Of a stretch of DNA of 64,000 nucleotides, positions 1-10,441 are shown in pieces. Positions within the stretch are counted from its first letter, which is position 1. Each line of letters opens with the position of its first letter. The notes beneath the pieces were generated by a model, which did not search any database, had not been told where the DNA came from, and saw nothing but the letters and a program-made list of their open reading frames with translations. The DNA lies in contig JAKATU010000089.1 of NCBI GenBank assembly GCA_021818585.1, positions 63,735 through 127,734 on the forward strand. Reading direction: 5' to 3'. Origin of the DNA: Acidobacteriota bacterium (GTDB lineage Bacteria > Acidobacteriota > Terriglobia > Terriglobales > Acidobacteriaceae). A program made the translations under genes and the position numbers.

Positions 1-2559
1 GTTATTATTCATCGGCGGAATCCCCATCAAATCCTCCGCCGTGTGCAGCATGCTCGCCGTGGTGTAAAAGGTGTTGTCAATCACAGGCTTCGCCCGGTGC
101 GGAGCATACTTGCTGATCACAAACGCAATCGACCGGTGCGCATCCACATGGTCCGCCCCGTTTTGCGCGTCATCCTCCAGGATCAGAATCGCCGTGTCGT
201 TCCAGTAAGGGCTGTGCGACACCGCATCCACCACGCGCCCCACCGCCAGGTCGTTATCCGCCACAGAGGCCTGCGGCGTCGGCATGCCCGGCGTAGTCCC
301 TGCCGTATGGTCATTCGGCAGCCGCAACTGCACAAAATCCGCCATCGGATCAGGCTTGCCGGCCTTCACCGCCGCAACCCACTTCCGGAAGTGCCGCAAA
401 AACTCATTCACCCTCAACTGATCCGGAAACGCCAACTGAAAATCCGGATAATGCGGATCGAAATGCCCCACCAGTTGCGGCATCGTCGCCGTGTTCTTGT
501 AAAGCAACGGAATCTTCCAAGCGTACTTGCTGATTCCGCCGCCATACATCGCCGGAATCTTCCCGCCCGGCAAAATGTAAGGCTGCTTGCAGTAGTGCAT
601 CGCCTCCGGCGTGCCAAATCGCGGATTCACCATCGGCATCTGCCCCGGCTTCGCATTGCAGAACGTCGAATGGATAAACTCCGCAAAGTGGTACAGCGTC
701 TTGCCGTGCGCCGCCAGATCGCCCCAGATATAACCACTCGCTGGCGTGTCCACATTCGAAATGCCCTCGTCGAAAGGCACCTTGTTCTCCACCACACCTT
801 CAAAGTCGTAAAGCCGTTCGTCGCTCCGGTAACCCTGCTGCCAGTTGAACTCCGTGTAATCAGTCGTAATCGCGGCATTCGACCACACATGCCCGTCGCC
901 GCTCACCTCGCCTGAGTCATAAAAGTTATCCAGCACCCCAAACTGCAGCGCCAGCCGGTGCTCATTCGGCGTAATCTTCCATCCATACATCGCCAGCGCC
1001 GGGTCACCATTTCCCACGCCCAAATCGCCCAGAATCTGATCGTAAGTCCGGTTCTCCTTGATGATGTAGATCACGTGCTTGATCGGATGCCCGCCTACCG
1101 TAAATACAATGTGCTTCTGCTCGGCCTCCATCATGTTGTTGTGCACCGTCTCGTGCGTGTACTCATCCAGCCGTTCATGTATCTGCTTCCGGCTCAGCGT
1201 CGCCAGCGAACCATGCAGCAGCGTCGGAATATAAGTGCTCTTGCTGTGGTAAACCCGCTTCACAAACGGCGAAGGATGCGGCGCCGGAGCCTGCGCCATG
1301 TCATTCGGACCCGTTCCCTTGCCCTTGCCCGTCGCAATGTAAACATCGCTGCCATCCACGGCCACCGCCGTCGTCAGCCACTCCGTCGGAATAAACCCCG
1401 CCACCGGCCGCTTCGCAAACGGATGAATCACCGCAACGTTATCCCCGCCCATATCGGCCACATACAGCGTCTTCCCGCTCGGCGAAACCGCCACGCAATC
1501 CGGAATCGCACCAAAATAAATCTGGCCCGGCAGCCGCGTGCTGAAGTACCGCGCCACGCGCATCCCGTTCCCATCCAGCCTCACCTGCGCCACTTCATCG
1601 CGATTCGCCAGCGCCACATATAGCATCCGCCCATCCGGGCTCAGCGCCAGCGAAACAGGATGCGAACTTGTCCCCGTATCCACCCTCGGCGGCAGCAGGG
1701 AAACCTCGCCCACCACCTTGCCGGTCGTCAAATCCAGCTCCGTCACCTCAGACGCATTCCACAAACCCACCCATCCACGCTTCCCGTCGCGGCTAACCGC
1801 AACCGAAATCGGATAAGTCGAAGGCACAAAGCTGTGATCCGCCAGATCAAATCGCTCCAGAATCTTCCCGCTCGCCGCATCCATCAACAGCGCATCGTCT
1901 GAGAACTCATCCGCCACCAGCAGCTCATCCCCATGGCTCGTCGGCACCACAGCCAACCCCGTCGGCGCAGGAATCGCCATCCCCGCCGGCACCGGCCGCC
2001 CCACCCGGTTCTGCGTCCGCCCATCCGCCAGCTTCTGCAGCGGAATATACAGTTCCCGCTCCGGCGTCAGCTTCCCACCGTCCACCCGGTACACCAGCAC
2101 GCCATTCCCCGTATGCGAAGCATCATGCTTCTCCGGAGCGCTCAACGAGTCCGCACTCGCATACAGCTCTTTCCCGTTCGAAGAAAATGCAATCCCGTTG
2201 TAGAGCGTCTGCGCCGCCTGCACCACAAACCGCGGGTCAGGATTATCCGTAATCTTCCCCGTCTTCGTATCGAGCAGCGTAATGGACTGCTCATAATTCG
2301 ACTGCACCGTACCATAACCCGCATTCACCACCGCCAGATAGCGGTGATCCGGCGACCACGCAATCCCCATTGGCAACGAATTGATCCGCTGCGGCGATCC
2401 CGGCACATCCCCATAAAGCATCTTGCTCGTCGGCAGCTTGATCGGATATTCCTCACCCCGCATCGGTACCCGACTATGAGCCTTGGCGGCCTGCCCGAAC
2501 AAAGGCGCCTGCATCGCAAACAACACCAGCGGAAACACCGCAATCCATCGAGTTTTCAT
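1..2559 (-). CDS. Secreted beta-propeller (YVTN/YncE-like) + phosphoesterase/alkaline-phosphatase-family protein, 3' end outside window
   Basis: Not in the ORF track because it has no stop in the window. Manual translation from ATG 2559 gives signal peptide MKTRWIAVFPLVLFAMQAPLFG, propeller repeats (MGIAWSPDHRYLAV; GIAFSSNGKELY) and the phosphoesterase motif PIKHVIYIIKENRTYDQILGDL...LDNFYDSGEVSGDGHVWS. Confidence 0.85.
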   Translation of the reverse strand, partial: MKTRWIAVFPLVLFAMQAPLFGQAAKAHSRVPMRGEEYPIKLPTSKMLYGDVPGSPQRINSLPMGIAWSPDHRYLAVVNAGYGTVQSNYEQSITLLDTKTGKITDNPDPRFVVQAAQTLYNGIAFSSNGKELYASADSLSAPEKHDASHTGNGVLVYRVDGGKLTPERELYIPLQKLADGRTQNRVGRPVPAGMAIPAPTGLAVVPTSHGDELLVADEFSDDALLMDAASGKILERFDLADHSFVPSTYPISVAVSRDGKRGWVGLWNASEVTELDLTTGKVVGEVSLLPPRVDTGTSSHPVSLALSPDGRMLYVALANRDEVAQVRLDGNGMRVARYFSTRLPGQIYFGAIPDCVAVSPSGKTLYVADMGGDNVAVIHPFAKRPVAGFIPTEWLTTAVAVDGSDVYIATGKGKGTGPNDMAQAPAPHPSPFVKRVYHSKSTYIPTLLHGSLATLSRKQIHERLDEYTHETVHNNMMEAEQKHIVFTVGGHPIKHVIYIIKENRTYDQILGDLGVGNGDPALAMYGWKITPNEHRLALQFGVLDNFYDSGEVSGDGHVWSNAAITTDYTEFNWQQGYRSDERLYDFEGVVENKVPFDEGISNVDTPASGYIWGDLAAHGKTLYHFAEFIHSTFCNAKPGQMPMVNPRFGTPEAMHYCKQPYILPGGKIPAMYGGGISKYAWKIPLLYKNTATMPQLVGHFDPHYPDFQLAFPDQLRVNEFLRHFRKWVAAVKAGKPDPMADFVQLRLPNDHTAGTTPGMPTPQASVADNDLAVGRVVDAVSHSPYWNDTAILILEDDAQNGADHVDAHRSIAFVISKYAPHRAKPVIDNTFYTTASMLHTAEDLMGIPPMNNN

Positions 2560-2679
2560 ATACCCATCATCCTCTCGAACGATGAACCCACAATAAATCA
2601 CCTCGCAACCATTTGCCTTCTGCCGCATCATGAAAGAAAGACCGGAAGACAAACGTCAAAAGGCAACCCAGGAGGTAAC

Positions 2680-2892
2680 ATGCGCGAAATCAATCTCAAG
2701 CTCCAAAACATGCACTGCGGAGCGTGCGTCCGCCGCGTCACCATGACCCTCGAAAAAACCGGCGTCAAAGTCGAAGAAGTCAACGTCGGCTCCGCCCGCG
2801 TACAGGCTCCGGAAACTATCGGCGACCCCGCCATCCTCGAAGCCCTCAACAAGGCCGGCTACCCGGCCACCGTCGCCACGGTCAACGCCTGA
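2680..2892 (+). CDS. copZ: Heavy-metal-associated (HMA) copper chaperone, 70 aa
   Basis: MHCGAC metal motif; GGAGG RBS before ATG 2680; stop overlaps the copA start. Confidence 0.88.
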   Translation: MREINLKLQNMHCGACVRRVTMTLEKTGVKVEEVNVGSARVQAPETIGDPAILEALNKAGYPATVATVNA

Positions 2893-5096
2893 TGACCCCA
2901 TCGACCACCCCCGGCCCCGGCACAGCCACAGCGTCACTCGAGCGCACCACCCTGCGCGTCGAAGGAATGACCTGTGCCTCCTGCCAGGTACACGTCGAGC
3001 ACGCACTCCGCGATGTCCCCGGTGTCTCACAGGCCAGCGTCAACCTCATGACGCACTCCGCTGAGGTCACCTGGGATCCCCACACCGCCACCATCGACCA
3101 GCTCCTCCAGTCCGTCTTCGAGGCTGGCTATGAAGCCACGCCCCGCGAAGACAATGCACCCTCCGCAACAGAAGACCGCGGCGAAGAGAAGACCCTCCGA
3201 GCCCTCGCCGTCTTCACCCTTGTCGCCGGAGCCATCGTCATGGTCGTGCAAATGGGCCTCAGTCCGCACCTCCATGGTGCATCCATCTTCGGCCTGCACA
3301 TCGCCCTGCTCATTGTCACCCTCGCCGGAATGATCTTCGGCGGCAGCGCCATCTACGCCGCCGCGTGGCGTGCCGCCCTCCATCGCGGCACCAACATGAA
3401 CACGCTTGTCGCCCTCGGCACCGGCGCGGCCTTTCTGTCTTCCGTCGTCGCCACCTTCGCGCCCGGCTTCTTTCTCCGCCACGGCATGTCGGCGGACGTC
3501 TACTACGACGCCGTGCTGCTCATCATCGGCTTCCTGCTCGCCGGTCGCTGGCTCGACGCCCGCGCCAAGCACCAGACCCTCAACGCCCTCCACGAGCTCA
3601 TGAAGCTCCAGCCCGAGACCGCGCACGTCCTCCGCAACGGCGAAGAAACCGAAATCCCTGCCGCCCAGGTCGTCAGCGGAGACATCGTCATCGTCCGCCC
3701 CGGCGAGCGCATCCCCGTCGACGGCCAGATCATCAGAGGCCGCAGCACCCTCGACGAATCCATCATCACCGGCGAAAGCCACCCCGTCGTCCGCACAGAA
3801 GGCGACCCTGTCATCGGCGGCTCGCTCAACTACGACGGCGCACTTCGCTTCCGCGCCACCGCCGTCGGCGAGCACAGCGTCCTCGCGCAAATGCTCCGCC
3901 TCATGGAGCAGGCCCAGTCCTCCAAGGCCCCGATGCAGCAGATAGCCGACCGCGTCAGCGGCATCTTTGTCCCCGCCGTCCTCAGCATCGCGCTCCTCTG
4001 CTTCCTCATCTGGGCCTTCGCAGCGCACGATGCAGGCAAAGCTCTCGCCATCGCCATCGCCGTGCTTGTCATCGCCTGCCCCTGCGCCATGGGCCTCGCC
4101 GTGCCAGCCGCGCAAACCGTCGCCGTCGGACGAGGAGCCAAACTCGGTGTCCTCTTCAAAGGCGGCGAAAGCGTCGAACGCCTCGCCCGCATCGACACCC
4201 TCCTCCTCGATAAAACCGGAACCATCACCGAAGGCAAACCCACCGTCACCGCGCTCATCCCCGCTCCCGGCATCACAGAAGACCATCTCCTCACCATTGC
4301 CGCCGCCGTCGAGCAACCCTCCGAGCACCCGCTCGCCCGCGGCATCCTCGCCGCCGCCAAAGCCCGTGGCATCACACCCTCGCCCGTCGCGGAATTCCAG
4401 GCCATCCCCGGCACCGGCATCCGCGCACGCCTCAACAGAGAATGGGCCGAGGTCCGCACCGCCGCAGCCGACCCCAATTCGCAGAGCACCCGCGTCGAAG
4501 TCCTCCACAACAAAACCTCCGTCGGCGTCATCGAACTCCGCGACACGCTCCGCCCCGGCGCAAAACAAGCCGTCACCCGCCTCCACGCCCTCGGCCTCAA
4601 GCTTGAAATGGTCACCGGCGATGCACAGGCCACCGCTGAAGCCATCGCCAAAGAGGCCGGCATCGAATCCGTCGTCGCCCAATGCCTCCCCGAGAACAAA
4701 CTCGAAGTCGTCCGCCAGCGCCAAAACTCAGGCCGAAACGTAGGCATGGTCGGCGACGGCATCAATGACGCAGCAGCTCTCGCGCAGGCCAACGCAGGCC
4801 TCGCCATGGGCACCGGCACCGATCTCGCCCGCGAAGCCGGAGACGTCATTCTCCTGGGCGGCCAGCCCGGCCAGATCGCCGATGCCATCCTGCTCTCCCG
4901 CGCCACCCTCCGCGTCATGAAGCAGAATCTACTCTGGGCATTCCTCTACAACCTCCTCGGAATCCCGCTCGCAGCCGGCGCGCTCTACCCTGCCTTCCAC
5001 ATCCTGCTCAACCCCGCCGTCGCCGCAGCCGCCATGGCCCTCAGCTCCGTCAGCGTCCTCGGCAACAGCCTCAGGCTCCAGCGGTTCCGGCCGTAA
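2892..5096 (+). CDS. copA: Cu(I)-translocating P1B-type ATPase
   Basis: GMTCASC HMA, TGES, CPC, DKTGT, SEHPL, GDGIND, YN and MALSS motifs; start at the TGATG overlap. Confidence 0.93.
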   Translation: MTPSTTPGPGTATASLERTTLRVEGMTCASCQVHVEHALRDVPGVSQASVNLMTHSAEVTWDPHTATIDQLLQSVFEAGYEATPREDNAPSATEDRGEEKTLRALAVFTLVAGAIVMVVQMGLSPHLHGASIFGLHIALLIVTLAGMIFGGSAIYAAAWRAALHRGTNMNTLVALGTGAAFLSSVVATFAPGFFLRHGMSADVYYDAVLLIIGFLLAGRWLDARAKHQTLNALHELMKLQPETAHVLRNGEETEIPAAQVVSGDIVIVRPGERIPVDGQIIRGRSTLDESIITGESHPVVRTEGDPVIGGSLNYDGALRFRATAVGEHSVLAQMLRLMEQAQSSKAPMQQIADRVSGIFVPAVLSIALLCFLIWAFAAHDAGKALAIAIAVLVIACPCAMGLAVPAAQTVAVGRGAKLGVLFKGGESVERLARIDTLLLDKTGTITEGKPTVTALIPAPGITEDHLLTIAAAVEQPSEHPLARGILAAAKARGITPSPVAEFQAIPGTGIRARLNREWAEVRTAAADPNSQSTRVEVLHNKTSVGVIELRDTLRPGAKQAVTRLHALGLKLEMVTGDAQATAEAIAKEAGIESVVAQCLPENKLEVVRQRQNSGRNVGMVGDGINDAAALAQANAGLAMGTGTDLAREAGDVILLGGQPGQIADAILLSRATLRVMKQNLLWAFLYNLLGIPLAAGALYPAFHILLNPAVAAAAMALSSVSVLGNSLRLQRFRP

Positions 5097-5146
5097 TTCT
5101 CGCCACGATACACTCAAACATATCAACTCCGGCTGGTCGGTCCTCT

Positions 5147-7465
5147 GTGCGCATCCTCACCCGATACATCCTGCGTGAAATTCTCGCCCACGCCCTCATC
5201 GGCGGGCTCCTCTTCACCTTTGTCCTCTTCATGCCCAACCTCGGCCAGCTTCTCGAGCTGGCCATCCGCAACAGCTCCTCCCTCGGCATGGTCGCCAGCA
5301 TGTTCCTCCTCATGCTGCCCAACATCCTTGTCGTCGTAATCCCCATGTCCGTCCTGGTCGGCGTCCTGCTCGGCCTCAGCCGCCTCGCCGCAGACAGTGA
5401 AGTCACCGCCATGCGCGCCTCCGGCATCGGCGTCTGGAAGTTCGTCGGCATCGTCAGCGTCATCGCCGTCGCTGCATGGACTATCGGCCTTGCCAACTCC
5501 CTCTTCGTCGCGCCCTGGTCTTCCCGCGCCATGATCCGCATGGAAGACTCCCTCGCCAACGCCCAGGCATCCTACGAAGTCCAGCCCCGCGTCTTTTATG
5601 AGGACTTCAAAAACTACGTCCTCTACGTCGAAAACGTAAAGGCCGGGCGCGGCGCCGCCCACTGGGACCAGGTCTTCATCGCCGACCTCTCCAATCCCAA
5701 CGCCCCCACCATCACCACTGCTGAAAATGCCACCGTCGTCAGCAACCGCCATCAGGGCATCCTCATGCGCCTCCACGACGGCACCGAGCACCATATATCA
5801 GCCAAAAATCCCGGCAACTACGACCTCTCCACCTTCAACAACATGGATGTCCCCCTGCACATCGGCTCCGAGCAGGACATCCACTTCCACCGCACCGACA
5901 AGCCCATCCTCGCCATGACCAACCACGAGCTGCTCCAGCGCGCCCGTGGCAAAAACGGCAATCTCTACTGGATTGAATTCCTCCAGCGCCTCGCCTATCC
6001 CACTGCCTGCGTCGTCCTCATGCTCATCGGTATCCCCCTCGGCATGGCCTCGCGCCGCGGAGGCAAAAGCGGCGGCTTTGTCCTCACCATCGCCCTCGTC
6101 TTCATCTATTACTTCCTCTCATCCACCGGAACCACCCTCGCCCGACAGGGCAAAATCCCACCCCTGCCCGGCGTCTGGGCCGCCAACGTGCTCTTCGCCG
6201 TCTGCGGCATCTTCCTGCTCCGCCAGATGGCCACCGGCGGCGCCACCCTCAACGCCATCGCGTCCGTAGGAACCTGGTTCCGTATGCGCCGATCCCACAA
6301 ATCCCTGGATGATCACGGCGCGGACACAGGCGAAGCCCGCCGCACCATCCGCGGACACTTCCCCCTCATCCTCGACGAGTACGTTCTCCGCGAATTCATC
6401 AAAATATTCCTGCTCGTCCTCTTCAGCTTCGTCCTGCTGATGCTCTTCTTCACCTTCTTCGAGCTCATCGGCGACATCATCCGCCACCACGCCCCGCTCA
6501 CCCTCGTCGGCGAATACCTGATCAACCTCGCCCCCAGCATGATCTACATGATCACGCCCCTCGCCGTGCTCATCGCCGTGCTCGTCGTCTTCGGCCTCAT
6601 GAACCGCACCAGCGAAATCACCGCCATGAAGGCCACCGGCATCAGCCTCTACCGCATCGTGCTGCCCGTCTTCGTCATCGCATCCATGCTGGCCATCGGG
6701 CTATTCGTCTTCAATCAGTACTATGTGCCCCAGGCCAACCGCCGCCAGCAGGCCCTCCGCAACATCATCCAGGGCAAGCCCGCCCAAACTTACTCACGCC
6801 CCGGTGAAACCTGGATCTTCGGCAAGCGCGCCCCCAACGAGCCGCGCACCATCTTCTACTACCAGTACTTCGATCCGGACAACAACACCTTCCTCAACCT
6901 CTCCGTCTTCGAGTTCGATCCCTCCAGCTTCAAGCTCATCAAACGTACCTATGCGCAAACCGCTTCCTGGGATCAAAAAGACAGCCGCTGGATTTTTCAG
7001 GATGGCTGGACCCGCTCCTTCCACGGCGACGAAACCACCAGCTACCAGAACTTTGAAGTCACCACCCTCCCGGAGATGATCGAAACGCCCGGCTACTTCG
7101 AAAAAGACATCCGCCCATCCTCTGAAATGAGCTTCACCCAGCTCCGCCGCTACATCGCTGACCTCAGCCAGAGCGGCTTCGACACCGTACGCCTCCGCGT
7201 TCAGCTCAATCGCAAACTCGCCGACCCATTGATTACACTGGTCATGGCGATCCTCGCCGTACCCTTCGCCCTTTCGATGGGCCGTCGCGGCTCGCTCGCC
7301 GGCATCGGTGTCGCCATCGGAGTCGCCATCGCCTACTGGGTTATCTCCGGCATGTTCCAGGCCATGGGAGACGTCAACATGCTCCCCGCCGTGCTCGCCG
7401 CCTGGTCGCCAGACATTCTCTTCGCCCTCGCAGGAGGCTACCTGCTCCTGCGCACCGCCACCTGA
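5147..7465 (+). CDS. Fused LptF/LptG (YjgP/YjgQ) LPS export permease
   Basis: Two tandem permease halves: MRILTRYILRE...SRLAADSEVTAMRASGI and ILDEYVLRE...RTSEITAMKATGIS, ending in LAAWSPDILF. Confidence 0.88.
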   Translation: MRILTRYILREILAHALIGGLLFTFVLFMPNLGQLLELAIRNSSSLGMVASMFLLMLPNILVVVIPMSVLVGVLLGLSRLAADSEVTAMRASGIGVWKFVGIVSVIAVAAWTIGLANSLFVAPWSSRAMIRMEDSLANAQASYEVQPRVFYEDFKNYVLYVENVKAGRGAAHWDQVFIADLSNPNAPTITTAENATVVSNRHQGILMRLHDGTEHHISAKNPGNYDLSTFNNMDVPLHIGSEQDIHFHRTDKPILAMTNHELLQRARGKNGNLYWIEFLQRLAYPTACVVLMLIGIPLGMASRRGGKSGGFVLTIALVFIYYFLSSTGTTLARQGKIPPLPGVWAANVLFAVCGIFLLRQMATGGATLNAIASVGTWFRMRRSHKSLDDHGADTGEARRTIRGHFPLILDEYVLREFIKIFLLVLFSFVLLMLFFTFFELIGDIIRHHAPLTLVGEYLINLAPSMIYMITPLAVLIAVLVVFGLMNRTSEITAMKATGISLYRIVLPVFVIASMLAIGLFVFNQYYVPQANRRQQALRNIIQGKPAQTYSRPGETWIFGKRAPNEPRTIFYYQYFDPDNNTFLNLSVFEFDPSSFKLIKRTYAQTASWDQKDSRWIFQDGWTRSFHGDETTSYQNFEVTTLPEMIETPGYFEKDIRPSSEMSFTQLRRYIADLSQSGFDTVRLRVQLNRKLADPLITLVMAILAVPFALSMGRRGSLAGIGVAIGVAIAYWVISGMFQAMGDVNMLPAVLAAWSPDILFALAGGYLLLRTAT

Positions 7466-7482
7466 GGCCGCAAGTCACGTTC

Positions 7483-9234
7483 ATGCTCAAGAAACTCAAA
7501 CCGCTCGTCCCCTACCTCAAACGCTACCGCCGCGGCTTCCTCTACGGCGGCATCTGCGTGCTGCTCAGCAATACCATCTGGGCGCTGTTTCCCCTGATCC
7601 TCCTGCACGCCTTCAACGGACTCACCGCCGGCGTCACGCGAGAAAAGATATTCCTCTTCGCCAGCCTCATCCTCGCCGTCGCCGCCGCTCGCGGCCTCTT
7701 TCTTTTCCTCACCCGCCGCATCATCATCGTCATCTCGCGCGAAATCGAATTCGACCTCCGCAATGACATGTTCCGGCAGCTTGAAAAGCAGCCCGCCGAA
7801 TACTTCCAGCGCAACCGCACCGGCGACATCATGGCCCGCATGACCAACGACCTCAACGCCGTTCGCATGCTCCTCGGCCCCGCCATCATGTACAGCGCCA
7901 ATACGATCGTCTTCTCCATCGTCGCGCTCTACTTCCTGCTTCACATCAGCCCCATGCTCACCCTGCTGGCCCTGGCGCCGATGCCGCTCGCCAGCATCCT
8001 GGTCCAGGCCCTGGGACGCAAAATCCACGAGCGCTTCGAACGCATCCAGGCCATGTTCTCTGACATCTCTGCACAGGCCCAGGAAAACTTCTCCGGCGCG
8101 CGCCTCATCCGCGCCTTCGCCCAGGAGGAATCCCAGATTCAGGCCTTCGAAAAATCCAACCAGGAGTACATCCGCCGCAGCCTCCGCCTCGTGCAGCTCA
8201 TGGGCATGCTCTGGCCCACATTGGAATTCATCCTCGGCCTCTCCATCGCCATTGCCCTGCTCGTCGGCGGGCGGGAAGTCCTCAGCCACCGCATCACCGT
8301 CGGTGACTTCGTCGCCTTCACCACCTACCTCATCATGCTCACCTGGCCCATCATCGCCCTCGGCTGGGTCGTCAACCTCTTCCAGCGCGGCACCGCCTCG
8401 GTCATCCGCATCCACGAGCTCCTCACCGCCAAGCCCTCCATCGACGAAGCCCTCGCCAAGCCCAATCTCGCCGGCGCGACCCTCCAGGGCCGCATCGAAT
8501 TCCGCGGTCTCAGCTTCGCTTACGAAAACGGCCCCGCCGTACTCAAAGAAATCAACCTCACCATCCCAGCAGGCAGCAGCCTGGCCATCGTCGGACCTAC
8601 CGGCTCCGGCAAAACCACCCTCGTCAATCTTATCCCGCGACTCTTTGATCCCCCCCTCGACACCGTCCTCATCGACGGTCACCCCGTTCAGGAATACCCC
8701 TTCGAAACCCTCCGCTCCCAGATCGGTTTCGTACCGCAGGAAAGCTTCCTCTTCAGCACAACCATCCGCGACAACATCGCCCTTGGAGCACCCGAAGCCA
8801 CCGACGCAGAAATCCTCCAGGCCGCCGAAGCTGCCCACATCCGCGCAGAGTTCGAACTCTTCCCGCAAGGTTTCGCCACCGTCGTCGGCGAACGCGGCAT
8901 CACGCTATCCGGCGGACAAAAACAACGTTCCGCCCTCGCCCGCGCCATCCTGCGCAAGCCCCGCATTCTCATCCTCGACGATGCACTCGCCAGCGTCGAC
9001 ACCAACACGGAAGAGCAGATCCTCACGCACCTCGGCCGCATCATGCAGGGCCGCACCACCATCCTCATCTCGCATCGCGTCTCCACCGTGCGCCACGCCG
9101 ACCACATCGCCGTGCTGCACCATGGCCGCATCGTCGAATACGGAAGCCATGAAGAACTCATGGCGCGCGACGGCTACTACGCCGAACTGCACCAGAAGCA
9201 GCAGCTCGAAGAGGAACTCGCCGTCACACAATAG
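7483..9234 (+). CDS. ABC exporter, fused permease/ATPase (MsbA/MdlA-like)
   Basis: N-terminal TMD, Walker A GPTGSGKT, LSGGQKQR signature, ILILDD, SHR. Confidence 0.92.
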   Translation: MLKKLKPLVPYLKRYRRGFLYGGICVLLSNTIWALFPLILLHAFNGLTAGVTREKIFLFASLILAVAAARGLFLFLTRRIIIVISREIEFDLRNDMFRQLEKQPAEYFQRNRTGDIMARMTNDLNAVRMLLGPAIMYSANTIVFSIVALYFLLHISPMLTLLALAPMPLASILVQALGRKIHERFERIQAMFSDISAQAQENFSGARLIRAFAQEESQIQAFEKSNQEYIRRSLRLVQLMGMLWPTLEFILGLSIAIALLVGGREVLSHRITVGDFVAFTTYLIMLTWPIIALGWVVNLFQRGTASVIRIHELLTAKPSIDEALAKPNLAGATLQGRIEFRGLSFAYENGPAVLKEINLTIPAGSSLAIVGPTGSGKTTLVNLIPRLFDPPLDTVLIDGHPVQEYPFETLRSQIGFVPQESFLFSTTIRDNIALGAPEATDAEILQAAEAAHIRAEFELFPQGFATVVGERGITLSGGQKQRSALARAILRKPRILILDDALASVDTNTEEQILTHLGRIMQGRTTILISHRVSTVRHADHIAVLHHGRIVEYGSHEELMARDGYYAELHQKQQLEEELAVTQ

Positions 9235-9279
9235 CTCAAGCCGACCAGCTAACCCCGGCCATCGGCGTCTCGGCGCTCA

Positions 9280-9620
9280 TCACCGCGCCGCCTTCACCAG
9301 ACACTCCCGGCAGCGGTGATACAACCGCGCGTCCGTCGGATATCGGATCGCCTTGCTCTGCACCGTTGTATCCACGTTGATCCGTCTCACCCGCGCTGAA
9401 CCAATCGCACCCATCCTGATCCCCGCCGTGATGGTCGCGCGCAGCATCCGTTCGACTCCGGCTGGAAGAACTCTCGCTGCACCTGCTTCGGCTCGCTCTT
9501 CGGTCCCATCTTTTTCCCCGGTTTCTCCTCTCACAACGGCGTCTTATGAGGAATTCCATGCCTGTGTCTGACCACCTTCGCCCGTCTTTATGCACCTTTT
9601 ACAGGCTTTTCAGGAACAAC
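9280..9620 (-). mobile_element. Internally deleted IS5-family (IS1478-like) remnant
   Basis: Candidate left end GTTGTTCCTGAAAA at 9620; short N-terminus MGPKSEPKQVQREFFQ (ATG 9509); then, in another frame, GVERMLRATITAG...INVDTTVQSKAIRYPTDARLY, matching the IS5 VDTTVQEKAIAYPTD motif. No right end seen. Confidence 0.8.
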
Positions 9621-9990
9621 TGATTTCATCCAGAATCGACTGGTACTCCGAGTTCGCCGCGCTGTCCTGCGTGGAGTTCAGCGTGCCGTTCGAGGCTTCG
9701 GTCGCCAGCGTAATGGCGCGGTTCAGAAGGTTGGTCACCTGCGAAAGCGCGCCGTCGGCCAACTGTAACAGGCCCACGCCTTCACTGGCGTTGGTTGCCG
9801 ACTGCGTCAGGGCCGCGGAGTTCGCCTGCAAACCATTCGCCAGCGAAAGTCCAGGCGCGTCATCGGCCCCGGAGTTGATGCGCGAACCCGACGAAAGCTC
9901 CGTCAGCACATTCTGCAGGCTGGCCTGTGTCTGGTTCAGGTTGTTCTCGGCATAAGTTGCCGAGATGTTATTCAGTACGCCGAGAGACAT
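9610..9990 (-). pseudogene. fliC: Truncated flagellin (N-terminal domain only, about 124 aa), interrupted by the IS end
   Basis: MSLGVLNNISA...LSSGSRINSGADDAPGLSLA...GLLQLADGALSQVTNLLNRAITLATEASNGT; AAGGAG RBS; stop falls within the IS terminal sequence. Confidence 0.88.
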
Positions 9991-10077
9991 AAGGATATTG
10001 CTCCTTCTTGGGTTACATTCTTCGCTTTGCGGCTCCTCCACCCCGCCGTATCGCAGGAGAATCACCGCAGACCGCCT

Positions 10078-10104
10078 TCATCGGCGCTCACTCCCCAGGC
10101 TTTA
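10078..10104 (-). promoter_or_regulatory. Sigma-28 (FliA) promoter of the flagellin gene
   Basis: Minus strand reads TAAA-N15-GCCGATGA versus the consensus TAAA-N15-GCCGATAA. Confidence 0.85.
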
Positions 10105-10441
10105 CGCAAGGCTGCGGGTTTAGCACATCGCGTGCGTACCCTCCGCAAAACTACACTCGCTGCCTGTCGTGTATGAACGTTTTCTCATCCCTGCCTCAAG
10201 CCCTCGAGTTGCGCAACGCCACCGCAAAAGCTGCCCCACGCTCAGTCACCCATCACAAACCCTCCCCTCAAACCTCAGCGACAACGACTCCATTGCCCAT
10301 CGCTGCCACCCAGACGCCCAAGCTCTCGCCCTACCGCTGACCCACACCGGCCACATCCCGTACCCATCCGCTCACGGCGCTTTCACCCCACATCACGACC
10401 ATCCAAACCAACAGTGGGACAATAAATCTCTAAGCCCAACC

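Noticed and set aside
43-2679. Long + strand ORFs (43-915, 958-1623, 5' part of 1933-2892)
   Set aside because: Arg/His-rich shadows of the - strand phosphoesterase gene; only 2680-2892 is real.
10169-10441. 5' extension of the HhH-GPD ORF or a hidden element upstream
   Set aside because: No recognisable motif; family similarity begins at ATG 10442.
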